A stretch of 52,571 nt of DNA, counting the filler, from Catajapyx aquilonaris (lineage: Eukaryota), in assembly GCA_000934665.2 (NCBI GenBank). It is 3 parts of 3 records of this genome, joined end to end, with 100 filler letters (N's around TTAATTAATTAA, not from the genome) between each part and the next. Parts side by side here need not be neighbours in the genome. Positions count along the whole stretch, not along the records: positions 1 to 17,520 come from JYFJ02006949.1; positions 17,621 to 35,047 come from JYFJ02006950.1; 1 more part is not named here. The stretch is one strand, 5' to 3'. How positions within the stretch are numbered: position 1 is the stretch's first letter; every line of letters begins with the position of its first letter. Both the position numbers and the translations under genes were made by a program. Positions 14,183-25,000 of the stretch are shown here, piece after piece. The notes below the pieces were generated by a model. It was not told the DNA's origin and made no database searches. It saw nothing but the letters and a program-made list of their open reading frames with translations.

Positions 14183-17100
14183 AATGCTCTCTTTGTGTGT
14201 ATTCCGGCATATATGCTGTTAGCGGCTTATGTATTAGTCAGAAGGGGACACTTCAATATCGATTTAGAACTAGTACAGGAGCATTTCGAGAGTCCCTTTT
14301 TTATAACGTAGCAAATCTCCTTCGCACTCGACTTTTCGAGTGAAAAGCCGGAATGTTTGTAAAAAAAAAGTCAGTTCTTTCGGTGTGTCCCTTAAGTAGA
14401 TGGGACTTCTCTTCCTCCGCTATATGGTTAGAGTTTCCACTTTCTATCCCATCATTCCGAGTGTATACCCCATCGTTATAAAGCCAGCTTCCCCTTCCTG
14501 GCATCGTTTACAAGTTATTCAAAGCCCGGCTGCCTTTCCCCTTACCCCTTTTTACCCAAGTAAAAGCTGCTGCTGGGTACTGAGTGAGAACATAAGTGTA
14601 CCCTCCTGATTTATGAATACTGTGGGTAATTAATGTAATTAGTAAGGGGGAAAGCACGGGTATGCTTATAACCCATGTTGCTTCTGGAATGGTCGGTATG
14701 GATATACAACATCCGTGATTTTTGTGGGTGGTTCGCGGCTGCCTTTGTTAGCGGTAAAAGACTTGGATGGGGTAAAAAAAAAAGAGCTGGTCGGTTTTAA
14801 TTTCTCTGGCATGCTTGTGCAGCTGTGCACGACTGGCCGGGCTTACAGAAGCCACGCTTAGTTACCCTTTTGCCAACCCCCCCACCTAACAATCCACCCC
14901 CGCAGCAGCCTGCTTCGTTCTTCTCATTAACCATCCAGAGTCACGGTAACTTCCACTTGTTTACAGTGCGGCCCATTCATCCAAGCATCGGCCTGGAAAA
15001 TAATCCTCCTCTTCAGCACACGAGTGTCCAGGAAATATACCGGGTGAAACAATACAGTGGATATGCTGGTCGAAAATTGAGGCTGCTGGTGTCGTGAGGC
15101 TTTCGTGTCGTGAGGGGGGGTGGAAAAGACCGGAACACTCTTGCATGCAATATGATCCAGGTGTAGTCAACATGGCCGCACGAAACACGTTAGAATATAT
15201 TCACCACTCTAATCCAAACATCTGGCCGTGTTACAATTGATTTGAATTAAATTAAATGTTGGGCGTCAACTATACCTGTGGTTACACCCGGAATTTGGTG
15301 CCATTGTTAACGAATTCTTTAACTCAATTTGCAGTGCACGCCGCACAATTGTAAAACAGTAATAGATACTGTTGATTATATTGTTCTGAACTGTCAGTTG
15401 ATTTGCCCTGCTATACTTTTCACAGAAAATAACTAATAATGCATTTATTAGCCGAGAGCGTTATTTCAATAGCCCCCCCGTCCCCAAAAACAGCATTAAA
15501 GTGTTTGCAAATTGATATCAGCACCCACAGCGAGGCATATTAACAAGGACCGCCGAAAACCGCTATATGAATAACACAGGTTTATCGTCCCGAAATTAAC
15601 TGCGACTCTTCATGTTTAGGCCAACAGAATTAACGTGCCACCCTGTTCAGTTTCTAAGGGGAAAAGGGGAGGGCTACCCACAACCTTCCAGCACACCATT
15701 CCCTTTTGCCCAACGTATTGATCCGTAAAGTATCAGACTCGGAGCCTGCGTAGGCGGCCAGAATAGCAATCTAGTATGGCACGGCGTGGCTAAAAAGAGA
15801 GAAAGTGTGTGTGTGTCTATAGAGTGAGAGAGTGAGAGAGAGAGCCTAGAAAATAGGTGATAGGTGCATACCTCACCGAAATTAATATGCAATCCGATAG
15901 GGTCTATCAACACCCATCGGCTATACACGATTAAAAATGACAACCTGGGTAGCCACATTTAATGCTGGATTTAAGCCAAATAGTCGTTCTGACCTACGCA
16001 GCGCTTTTTGTGTCACATTACCTCAAGTTGAAGGAACTAATCGGCTCTTACGGAGAATCTTAATAAGGTTTAGCGAGTAGGGTAATACCAACGTCCGTGT
16101 AATGACCTCAGTGGGAGGTTTAGGGCGACTGGAAAGAGAGGGGAAAGAAGGGGGGGGGGGNCTGAAGAATTTTCGCCACGTGGGAGATGCTTTATGATAA
16201 AGACTGGGGCGTGCAACGATGGTGGAAAAAAAGGAGGGACAGAAAATCCATGAGAGAGTTCAAGAAAGTGCCCCTGGTATGTATGCTTTTTGGTGCACAA
16301 AAGAGGAGCAAAGGTTGCGGATGTTCCAGGATGAAGTTTATGGAGGAAATAATGCGGTTCATGGAAATATATTGGGCAATTTTCATATTGACACAATAAT
16401 CAGCAATTACATGGTGAAATTATGCGGGATGAGTTATTGCAATAGCGGCCAACGCCTATGGATCATCAATTACTCGGTGAATTAATTTTATGACACAGTA
16501 AACTAAATGAATGTGGTTTCAGTCTGGATTATAACAATGTAAGCATGTTCGTGACATCTCTAGGGACACTTTAGGGTACAACCAGCATGTTGCGTGGCTG
16601 CAATTTAAAGGGAACTAAATTAGCCCGCATGGTAGTTCCCCCCCCCCCNTTTCCCCCCCCCCCCCCCTCATACTACATTTTTTTTCTTCAACTCTGTAAC
16701 ACCCGCAAGCAGTCTAGTTCTTTGTGGAAAATCTCTCGTAGGCAACGACTTCCACCTGGAGCAAGGATGGGAGTTTCTCACGCGTTTTCCCCATTTGACA
16801 GATGGGTCTAATGGGCCTCATCAGATGCGCAGTAGGCCATCTTGACAGGCCGCTAAGATGCGAGCGATGGTCACTGTTTTTTTTGTGTGTAAAAAAAACC
16901 TGAACGCGAATTAAAGTGGGAGTTAAAAATTGGGATGTTTTTTTATTCTTCTCCACCTGAGAAGCCTCTTTTTTTGCTGGGAAGAAATTTATGCGGCCAT
17001 AAAATGTTATTTTCCTCATTTTGTCGACACCGGCTCCCATTTTTAGGCTACTCACCACCCTTGGCTCTCACGATACGTTGTATCCTCGGCTTTATGTATA

Positions 17101-17520
17101 TTTTTTGTACAAAGCGATGTCTCCGAAATATAAGGCTAGAGGAAGCCTCCTGCTCCATGCAATTTTGTGCCTCTAATTCCCCCTCTTATCTCTGGGTAGT
17201 TTCCTTGAAACTCATTTCGAAACTTTGAGAAGATGACCCAATTGTTTGATTTATGGCAAAGGCGCGCTTAATTAAATATCACAAGGGAGCAGTCATTTGC
17301 TGCTAGCAACAGAAGACGATTACTGTTGCGAAAATATGTCAAATTATTGTACGGAAAATTAACTTTGAATGATCTGTATAGGAAATATTCATGCATAATT
17401 TGTTTTGTATGCTCGTGATTTTTTTCTATTGGTATGACCAATTGTGTGCGTGAAGATCTTATCTGACAGATGTAGTGTGCAGATGGAACACTCCATCCAA
17501 AGCAGTCAGTTGGAGAGGAC

Positions 17521-17620
17521 NNNNNNNNNNNNNNNNNNNNNNNNNNNNNNNNNNNNNNNNNNNNTTAATTAATTAANNNNNNNNNNNNNNNNNNNNNNNN
17601 NNNNNNNNNNNNNNNNNNNN
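17521..17620. other. Artificial contig spacer (N44-TTAATTAATTAA-N44)
   Basis: Exactly 100 nt with stop codons in all six frames. An identical copy lies at 35048-35147. Confidence 0.97.
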
Positions 17621-17819
17621 CTTGCACCAAGCATTTCCGCACACTAGGAATAGTGTCATTCGACTCATCTCATCGAGTAGATTCAGAAAATATATAGAAA
17701 CCTGGAAGACTTTTGCGGCTCTAAACTGCACCCTTACCCTTCTCACTGTAATCGGGCCGTTCAAAGACTACTGCTGAAGGGCTAACGTTACACCCTCCTC
17801 CTGGCACCCCCGGAGATAT

Positions 17820-17938
17820 GGTGCGCCAAAAATAGGTATACCCCAGGCCGCAGGCCTAGAAAAGAGCGAGCGAAGCGAGTGGGTTTTCTATACCTGCGCC
17901 ATATAGGAAAATGCGAGCGGAGCGAGGGTTTTCCTAGT
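17820..17938 (+). mobile_element. Helitron-like 3' end (doubled)
   Basis: GCGAGCGAAGCGAG/GCGAGCGGAGCGAG motifs followed by GGTTTTCCTAG|T. A homologous end lies at about 27103-27150. Confidence 0.5.
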
Positions 17939-18245
17939 AATTAATTACAAAATAACTGATAAATAACCAACAATAATTAATTACAAAATAACTAATAGAT
18001 AACCAGCAATAATTAATTACAAAATAACTAATAAATAGCCAACAATAATTAATTACAAGATATCTAATAAATAACCAATAATTAATTACAAAATAACTAA
18101 TAAATGACCAACAAAAATGTATTACAAAATAGCTAATAAATGACCAACAAAAATGTATTACAAAATAGCTAATAGATAACCAACAATAATTACTTGCAAA
18201 ATAACTAACAAATAACCAACAATGCAAAATAACTAGTAAATAACA
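17936..18245. repeat. AT-rich minisatellite, ~36-bp unit, ~8-9 copies
   Basis: Unit AATAATTAATTACAAAATAACTAATAAATAACCAAC repeated head-to-tail with variants. Confidence 0.9.
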
Positions 18246-18262
18246 AAAACTGATTACTAATG

Positions 18263-18606
18263 ACAATAACTAATGGCTAATTATACTAGTTAACAATAAC
18301 TAATGGCTAATTATACTAGTTAACAATAACTAATGGCTAATTATAATAGTTAACAATAACTAATGGCTAATTATACTAGGTAACAATAACTAATGGCTAA
18401 TTATAATAGTTAACAATAACTAATGGCTATAATTATAATAGTTAACAATAACTAATGGCTAATTATAATAGTTAACAATAACTAATGGCTAATTATAATA
18501 GTCAACAATAACTAATGGCTATAATTATAATAGTTAGCAATAACTAATGGCTATAATTATAATAGTTAACAATAACTAATGGCTATAATTATAATAGTCA
18601 ACAATA
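18263..18606. repeat. AT-rich minisatellite, 30/32-bp unit, ~11 copies
   Basis: Unit ACAATAACTAATGGCTAATTATAATAGTTA repeated with few variants. Confidence 0.92.
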
Positions 18607-18791
18607 AATAATGATGATAAATAATAATAAATAAAAGTTAACTTCTCGACGTACGTGCAGCAATCCGAATTCACCCGAACAGTTGCTAGTGGCAGGAGCA
18701 GAAACGCACCCAAAAGCGTCAAAGATGGCCGGAAAGGGTTGGGCCCTCGGGCGTTTGTCTGACCTCTTTTCGGGGTGAGACCGAGGCGAAG

Positions 18792-21039
18792 ATGGGTTCG
18801 AGTCAGGTTGACCTGATGCTGGGGCTGAAGAACAGCGTTGCAGTGATCACGCGTCTGCTGCAGGCGGGTATGGACCGTGCGAACAGGATGGAGGAGAACC
18901 TGATGGCCAGGCTGGACACGCTGGAGGGAACCATGGCGGCCAGGCTGGAGAAGAAGGTGCTGGAAGCAGTGGCCAGGGAGTTGGGCCGCAAAGGGGCCGC
19001 AAGCACAGCATGCTGCGATGGAGACGCACCCGTCGCACAATTTGATGGTAATTTGATGAGTCTAACATGCTGCACTGCAATTGCGCATTAAAAAAGTACA
19101 GCCACATGCTCCCGGCATATCACCATAAATCAAATAAGCGAAACACTACAGGCTCTTTTTTTTTTACAGATATGCAGCATTACAACCCCGTAAAAGACAT
19201 GACTGAGGACACTGCAGACCCAATGGTTGTAGGCGAGGCACAGCAGTCGGCACATGAGACAAATGTGGAGTTGAAAGGTTGCCATCACACGTTATTCTCG
19301 AAATGGTGACAACTACAAATTTAATTCATTCTGTAGATACGACAATGGACAATGGACAGGAGGTGCAGGCTCCAGACGGCGTTGAACCCGGACCACAAGA
19401 ATTAGAACATAGTGCCATCTGTGAGGTAATTACCATCATTTTTCATTCGTCTGCGCTTGCATGTCAATGGCACGTACTGATATTTGCAACATGAGATCTG
19501 CTAAAAAAGACATAATTATGGAAGGCTGCTGGCGTAATCATATTGTAATTCAACTTTCAGGACGAGACACCCGCTAAAACGATGGCCTGTGCATTCTGCA
19601 ACAAAGCTTTTAACGCGGCGGAGGATTTGGAAGCTTGTGTGGAAACTCATCGTGCAGAGAAGAAAGAGCTGGCACGAAAACGAGCCGCTCGTCTGAAGGC
19701 AAAGAAAAGCAACAGTGCTTGCAGGAAGGGAGAGGTTGTGTCTTCTGCAGAAATTAGTGCGGCGAACACCGATATCAAAAAATGTAGTGTTCTCCTTACG
19801 AGAGTCACAAATGCTAATATTGAGACATTCAACAAGGTGGTATCAAGCACGCCTGGACTGTCAAACAACATTGGTGTTCACAGTGAGGAAACTTCTGACT
19901 CGCATGCAACTGAGGACGTGGGGACAAGCACACCTGGACAGTCCAAAAATGTTCATGTTAACAGTGAGGAAACTTCTGACTCGCATGCAACTGAGGAGAT
20001 CATCAGCAAAGAAAACAGCAGCTCCAGGAAGCGACCAAGGTCACATGACGCCATCAAATATGGGCCTGCACAGGAAAAACCTTCACCGAAAAAAATGCCG
20101 TTTTGCATGGGATACCTCATTTCACCCAATAAATCAAGCCAAGAAGAAAGCAGTAGTGTCGAAAAAGAATTGGTACCTGTCGTTCGTGAAGCTGAGACTC
20201 CAGCAAGGATCAATGAGAAGAAAAGAAGCAACAGCCGGCCTGCAAAGTGGTCGAAGGATACTGCAGCCAAGCCGGGCTGTAGTTATCTGGCAGCTAGTGC
20301 ACAGTCGTCTCATGTCGCAGCCGAGGAAGGAGCTAAGAAACTGATGAACAATAGCGCCAGTAAGGAAGCTGTGCCCGTAACGTTTGCTGCGTCAAGTGTA
20401 GTTGCAAGTAGCGGCGGTCTCTCCGTGAAGCGGTTAAAGGTTGATACTACCAAGCGCAGAGTTTCGTCGGCACATCCAATTTTCAACTTGGCCAAAGGAG
20501 GATCCGAGGGAAATAAAAACAACCATCTCAGTAAGGAAGCAGTGCATGTTCCTAAAGGAGTAGGAAATGTTGTGACAATCAGTAAGCCAAAAGTAAGCAG
20601 TGTCTCTGCAGAGTCCAAGCAGGTAAATTCCGTCCATGTCACGGTTACGGACGAACCTGAGAAACAGAAAAATTGTACTCGTGCCTCTCGAAGCAGCATC
20701 TCCCTCAATGAATCAGCTGAGAGTGTCAGAACAAATGTAGTGTCTCCCTCGCATGAAGTGATGAGCCCGCTAGTGGTTAGCCGAGAAAACGAAAGTAGTC
20801 CAGGGTCGAGTCCAGCTCTTTCCAACAGGGTTCCAAGGGTTGCTAATGTAGAGAACAAGTTCAAATGCGATTTGTGTCGGTACAGTACATATTCAAAAGA
20901 TCTCTTCAGGCGTCACATGCAAGCTCACGGGACCGACACCCGTTGTTCATGCAAGTCCAGGAGAGGTATTTCCCAGTCCAGTGGTGTCAGGCATGCGATA
21001 ACTTCGTGTCGCTCGTGTAACAGGAAGATCAGGCGTTAA
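18792..21039 (+). CDS. 4-exon orphan protein (~643 aa): N-terminal coiled coil, degenerate C2H2 finger, long S/K-rich disordered region, C-terminal C2H2 finger. Exons 18792-19047, 19170-19277, 19337-19425, 19561-21039
   Basis: GT-AG junctions with compatible phases (1,1,0) join four ORF pieces into one frame. CAFC...CVETH (19588-19650) is a C2H2 variant and FKCDLCRYSTYSKDLFRRHMQAH (20860-20928) is canonical C2H2. Basic NLS-like RKRPR is present. Confidence 0.72.
19843..19997 (+). repeat. In-frame 81-nt (27-aa) internal duplication in the zinc-finger gene
   Basis: STPGLSNNIGVHSEETSDSHATE / STPGQSKNVHVNSEETSDSHATE. Confidence 0.9.
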
Positions 21040-22024
21040 GCGTTTACCAGTCGTCACACGGGGTAATTAATTCTCATATTAATCGAATTATTTCACTGCC
21101 ATTTATGTAAAAGTCTGATATTCAAGTTTGTCAACGGTATAGCATTGGGTGGCTATTGCTGCTTTCACTCTCGTTGGCTGCCATTTAAAATATACCTGAA
21201 CATGCTGAAAGTGATATATTCAGATACTCATGGCTTGGAGCCACTTCTCATTTCGTGTATAATTCCAATTAAATTTACAGGAATATGCAAGCTTGGCACA
21301 TTTTCATATTATCACTACTTTAGTTTTTTTTTAAATGTAATAACTAATTTGTAAGAGCTAGCAATCCAGAGGTATAAAGGTTAAAACCTACATTTTCCTT
21401 GGTAAATTTAATTCATTTGGGATGAAAAAAGACGGAGCGTATTTCAGGGATTTTATGTCGTCGTCATATGGATTTATTTGAGGGCCGAATGTTCCATGTC
21501 GGCTCAATTTTTCCCTCCAATTTATACGGGTAGCGTCGTACGTAAGTGCCATGATCAAGCTTCGTGATGTGATCGTCCCATTTGTAAGTGAAAAGCTTGT
21601 AAGGGATGGATACATTTGGCTGGATTTGGCCAGGGTTGTCATTTTTATCTGATCATGCATAATAAAATTAGTTTTTTGGCAAATATGGTTTCCTTTGGAG
21701 TGACCTCTCACACCCTGCAGTGACATCGGAATGTCACCGCTCAATAGTAGGTAGGCATAGGCTACTGCTTCGTGGTCCTGACAAGCAGAAGTTGGGACTG
21801 GAGTACAAATGCTGCAGTAAATTATATCTTCAGCGCATCAATAATTTATGTCGTTTATTGTACCTTAATCACACATACTACAAAGGTAAGGCACTTGAGA
21901 CTTACTGTGAAGAATCACTACATCAGAATCACGAGAAGAAACATCTACACATGGGTTCAAACTTTTTTTTAAATATGCACGACTGACGTACTGTTGGCAC
22001 AACATGGAAGCTAACTGACAGATC

Positions 22025-25000
22025 TCACTGCCCGGCCCAATTGCTGGGAAGGGACGGTGCAGTGCAACGAGTTAGAGCTGGGTATGAGACAGCAGCCCTG
22101 GTGACTGGAATGTCCGGCTGGACAGCTGGCTCAACCACCGGAGACAGAGGGTTGGGAGGATGATAGGCCACCTCCTCCTGATGATCAAACGGAGGCACCC
22201 CCCCCGAAGGAGGGGTGGGCAGAGGCAAGGCAGCGCTGATCTTGGGGGCCGCGCTAGGGTCGAATGAGTGGGGAGGCTCCAGCACTCCGCTCTGCTGCCC
22301 ATGCTGCAAGGGGTGGGCCACTAAATTGACTTGCTCCCAGACGACCTCCGGCACAAAAGGAGGAGGTGGGGTCTGGGTCCCCACTGACCGCAGCACACGC
22401 CTAGGTGGAGCTTGGCGAAGCAGGGCGGCCCCTGGGTCCATTGAACGAATAATTGTCACTTGTTTCGGTGTGAAGTACACATCACGAGCGAGCCTTGACG
22501 TCACAGAGGGTATTTGCTTTTTTTGGTCCATTTCTGGGATGTCACTTCTTGATATGTAATTATATGCTACTCGCAGTTTGACCCTTACCAGCATTTTCTC
22601 TAAGTCCAGGGTGCGCCAGTATTTTTCCAACACATAGCACACTGACTCGATGAACCAACTGCCATTTTGAGTGTTGCGCCATGAATAATACCCTGTAAGA
22701 AAAAGGCAATTAAACTGGGATTTCAGCTGCATGATATCTTACACTCTTACAGATTACAGTATGTAAATTCTACCCTGAGGAGTGCTAAAGATTAAAACTG
22801 GAAATCACTGTCACATGCAGGGCTGCAAAAATTAACTAAACTAAACTGAAAGAACCGTATGTCCTGCATTTCTATTCACAGAAACGATTCTGGGACCGAA
22901 ACTAAATGCAGGAACGAAATGCTGGAAACGAAAGTCAATGAAACAATACTCGGGGTTCCGGGAACGAAACGATTCGGGAATGGAAAGTGATTTAGGTAAC
23001 CACTGACATGGTTACTGAACTGATCTGGTTTCAGTCCGAGCTTGGACTGATGAACATTTAGTTTCGTTAGTCTGTGACATGAGCTATGACGTAGCTGTAA
23101 CCAGCGTGTCGTTCCATTGCGGCCGCGTTGGGACGTACCTGCGGTGTTGGCTGCCCGTGGTGAAGCAAGGGGGCCGACTTGCGACTCATGCTCGTGTTCT
23201 CGCCTTGTTATTTATTTCCGTTCTCCTGGCGTGTCATGTGTTACGGGCTTCACTGTTCGGAGTTCGGACGGGTTTGTGCCATGGAGGCAGTGGCGGATCC
23301 AGACATTTTTTCTGGGGCGGGGGGGGGCGCTTATAAAGACCTGTGCAGGCAGGCGTCTTTGGGCCCGCNGGGGATTTTTTTTCCAGTTGAAGGTCACAAC
23401 CTTCCTCTCGGTTCCCCTCTACTTTCTGGTCCATGGTAAGATGGCCGCCACGCCGTTCCAGATTAAGCCACGCCCCCTGGCACGATTTTTCATATGGATG
23501 GGGATAGGGGACACCACCTCCGTATAGTATTCCTGCCTCCATGGTTTGTGCTGATTCTCATTGTACAGTGTTGGTCATAAATTGAGGCAACTGCCAGCGA
23601 CATTTTCTGAAGCAGCAGAAGAAGGAATCGAAGATAAGCTTACTTACAAGCCGGGCGAGCAAGATCCCTTCTTCTGCCGCTTCGGGAAATGTCGCTGGCA
23701 GTTGCCTCGATTTATGACCAACACTGTTCATGCAGGATCGTTGTTTGTATATGAATAAATGTGCTCATCATGACAGTGTCTCATGTGCTTTGTGTTAATC
23801 GCAATCAAGGATTCCGGAAACAAAGTATAAACCTGTCTGAAACTGATTAACCGGGTGTTCCACGAAGATAAGAGTGCCGCAGTTGGCAATGCAGCAAGTG
23901 GACTTATTGGTGTGGGAGTCGTCCATACCTCTTCCCTTGCCCATAACTCATCTTGAAATAATCTTTCGATGCAGCCTAGTCTCGTCACCAGCAGGATGGA
24001 GGTAGTCAAATAAGACCGAGGTGCCCATCTCACACATGACAATGCTAATGGTAATATTCCGTACTGCCAACCGTCCAGTATGGCCTGTGCTCTTGGCCAG
24101 GATTTCTCAACATGTGGCAAACTGGCAACACAATCTACCAGTGCGCTGCCTCTACGTAGCCGTCAGAGCACCGGTTTCCGTACCCGAAATGAAACTGCTT
24201 ACCCAGGTTCTGATATGTTTGGTTCCCGAAACGATTAATTAGCCTTATCCGGCGGAACGAAACGAAAACAGAACAAGGAGATTCGTTTCTAACAGCCAGT
24301 TCAGTTCCTAAGAATCGTTTTGTTTCCATAACGAAACAGAACGTGGTCCGGATAATGTAGTTTCGTTTCTGAACCGAAATGGTATACTAACAGCGTTTCC
24401 GACGGAACGAAACTTCTCTTTCGTTTAGTTTAGTATTGCAGCCCTGGTCACATACGAAGCACCCAATAGCACTGACTAAAAAGAAATGCTAACAATTTGG
24501 CACTGGTTGACTCAGACTCATCTAATATGGGCAGGTCACCACCATAGGAAGCAATGAAAATGCCATAAGAACATAATAGAAATCAATATGAATGTGCTGT
24601 AAAGCGAGTATGCCTGTGCTTAAATGCTTCTTCCTGTAAATATTACATGCCTTTCAAGTTCACTCCAGGTATAATCAAGTGACAGAGTACAGAAACATTA
24701 ACAGCATAGAAGATGTCATCATAATGCAAACCCAGCCATCATAACCATCGACATACCTGGGATCATTGAGAAGGCAAATAAAAAATCTGAACACTCAGGA
24801 ATTATGACATTATGGTGCCCACTGTCAGTAGTGTCAATACAAGTTTTCCTTTTCCCCATGGTCATCTTGAAGCCAGAGTCCAAATTGGTCCCTTGGCAGG
24901 CCTGAACGATACAAAACATGCCACAATATTAGCTGGGTTGTCCAATCGAGACGTTACAGTTACACCTCATTTGCCCAATGAAATGCCACCCTTATTCTCC

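Larger units (their letters stand above)
22818..24446. mobile_element. Non-autonomous hAT-type element in caspase B intron 4
   Basis: TIRs CAGGGCTGCAA...TTGCAGCCCTG, 8-bp TSD GTCACATG/GTCACATA, and repeated subterminal GAAACG/GTTCC motifs. Confidence 0.85.

Noticed and set aside
17934..18266. 110-aa hydrophobic ORF (FVINYCWLFISY repeats)
   Set aside because: It is simply the translation of the minisatellite.
17936..18606. CRISPR-like array of 30-36-bp repeats
   Set aside because: The repeats are head-to-tail with no unique spacers, there are no cas genes, and the context is eukaryotic.
19647..20864. Antisense and alternate-frame ORFs over the zinc-finger gene
   Set aside because: Shadow ORFs of the real + strand exon.
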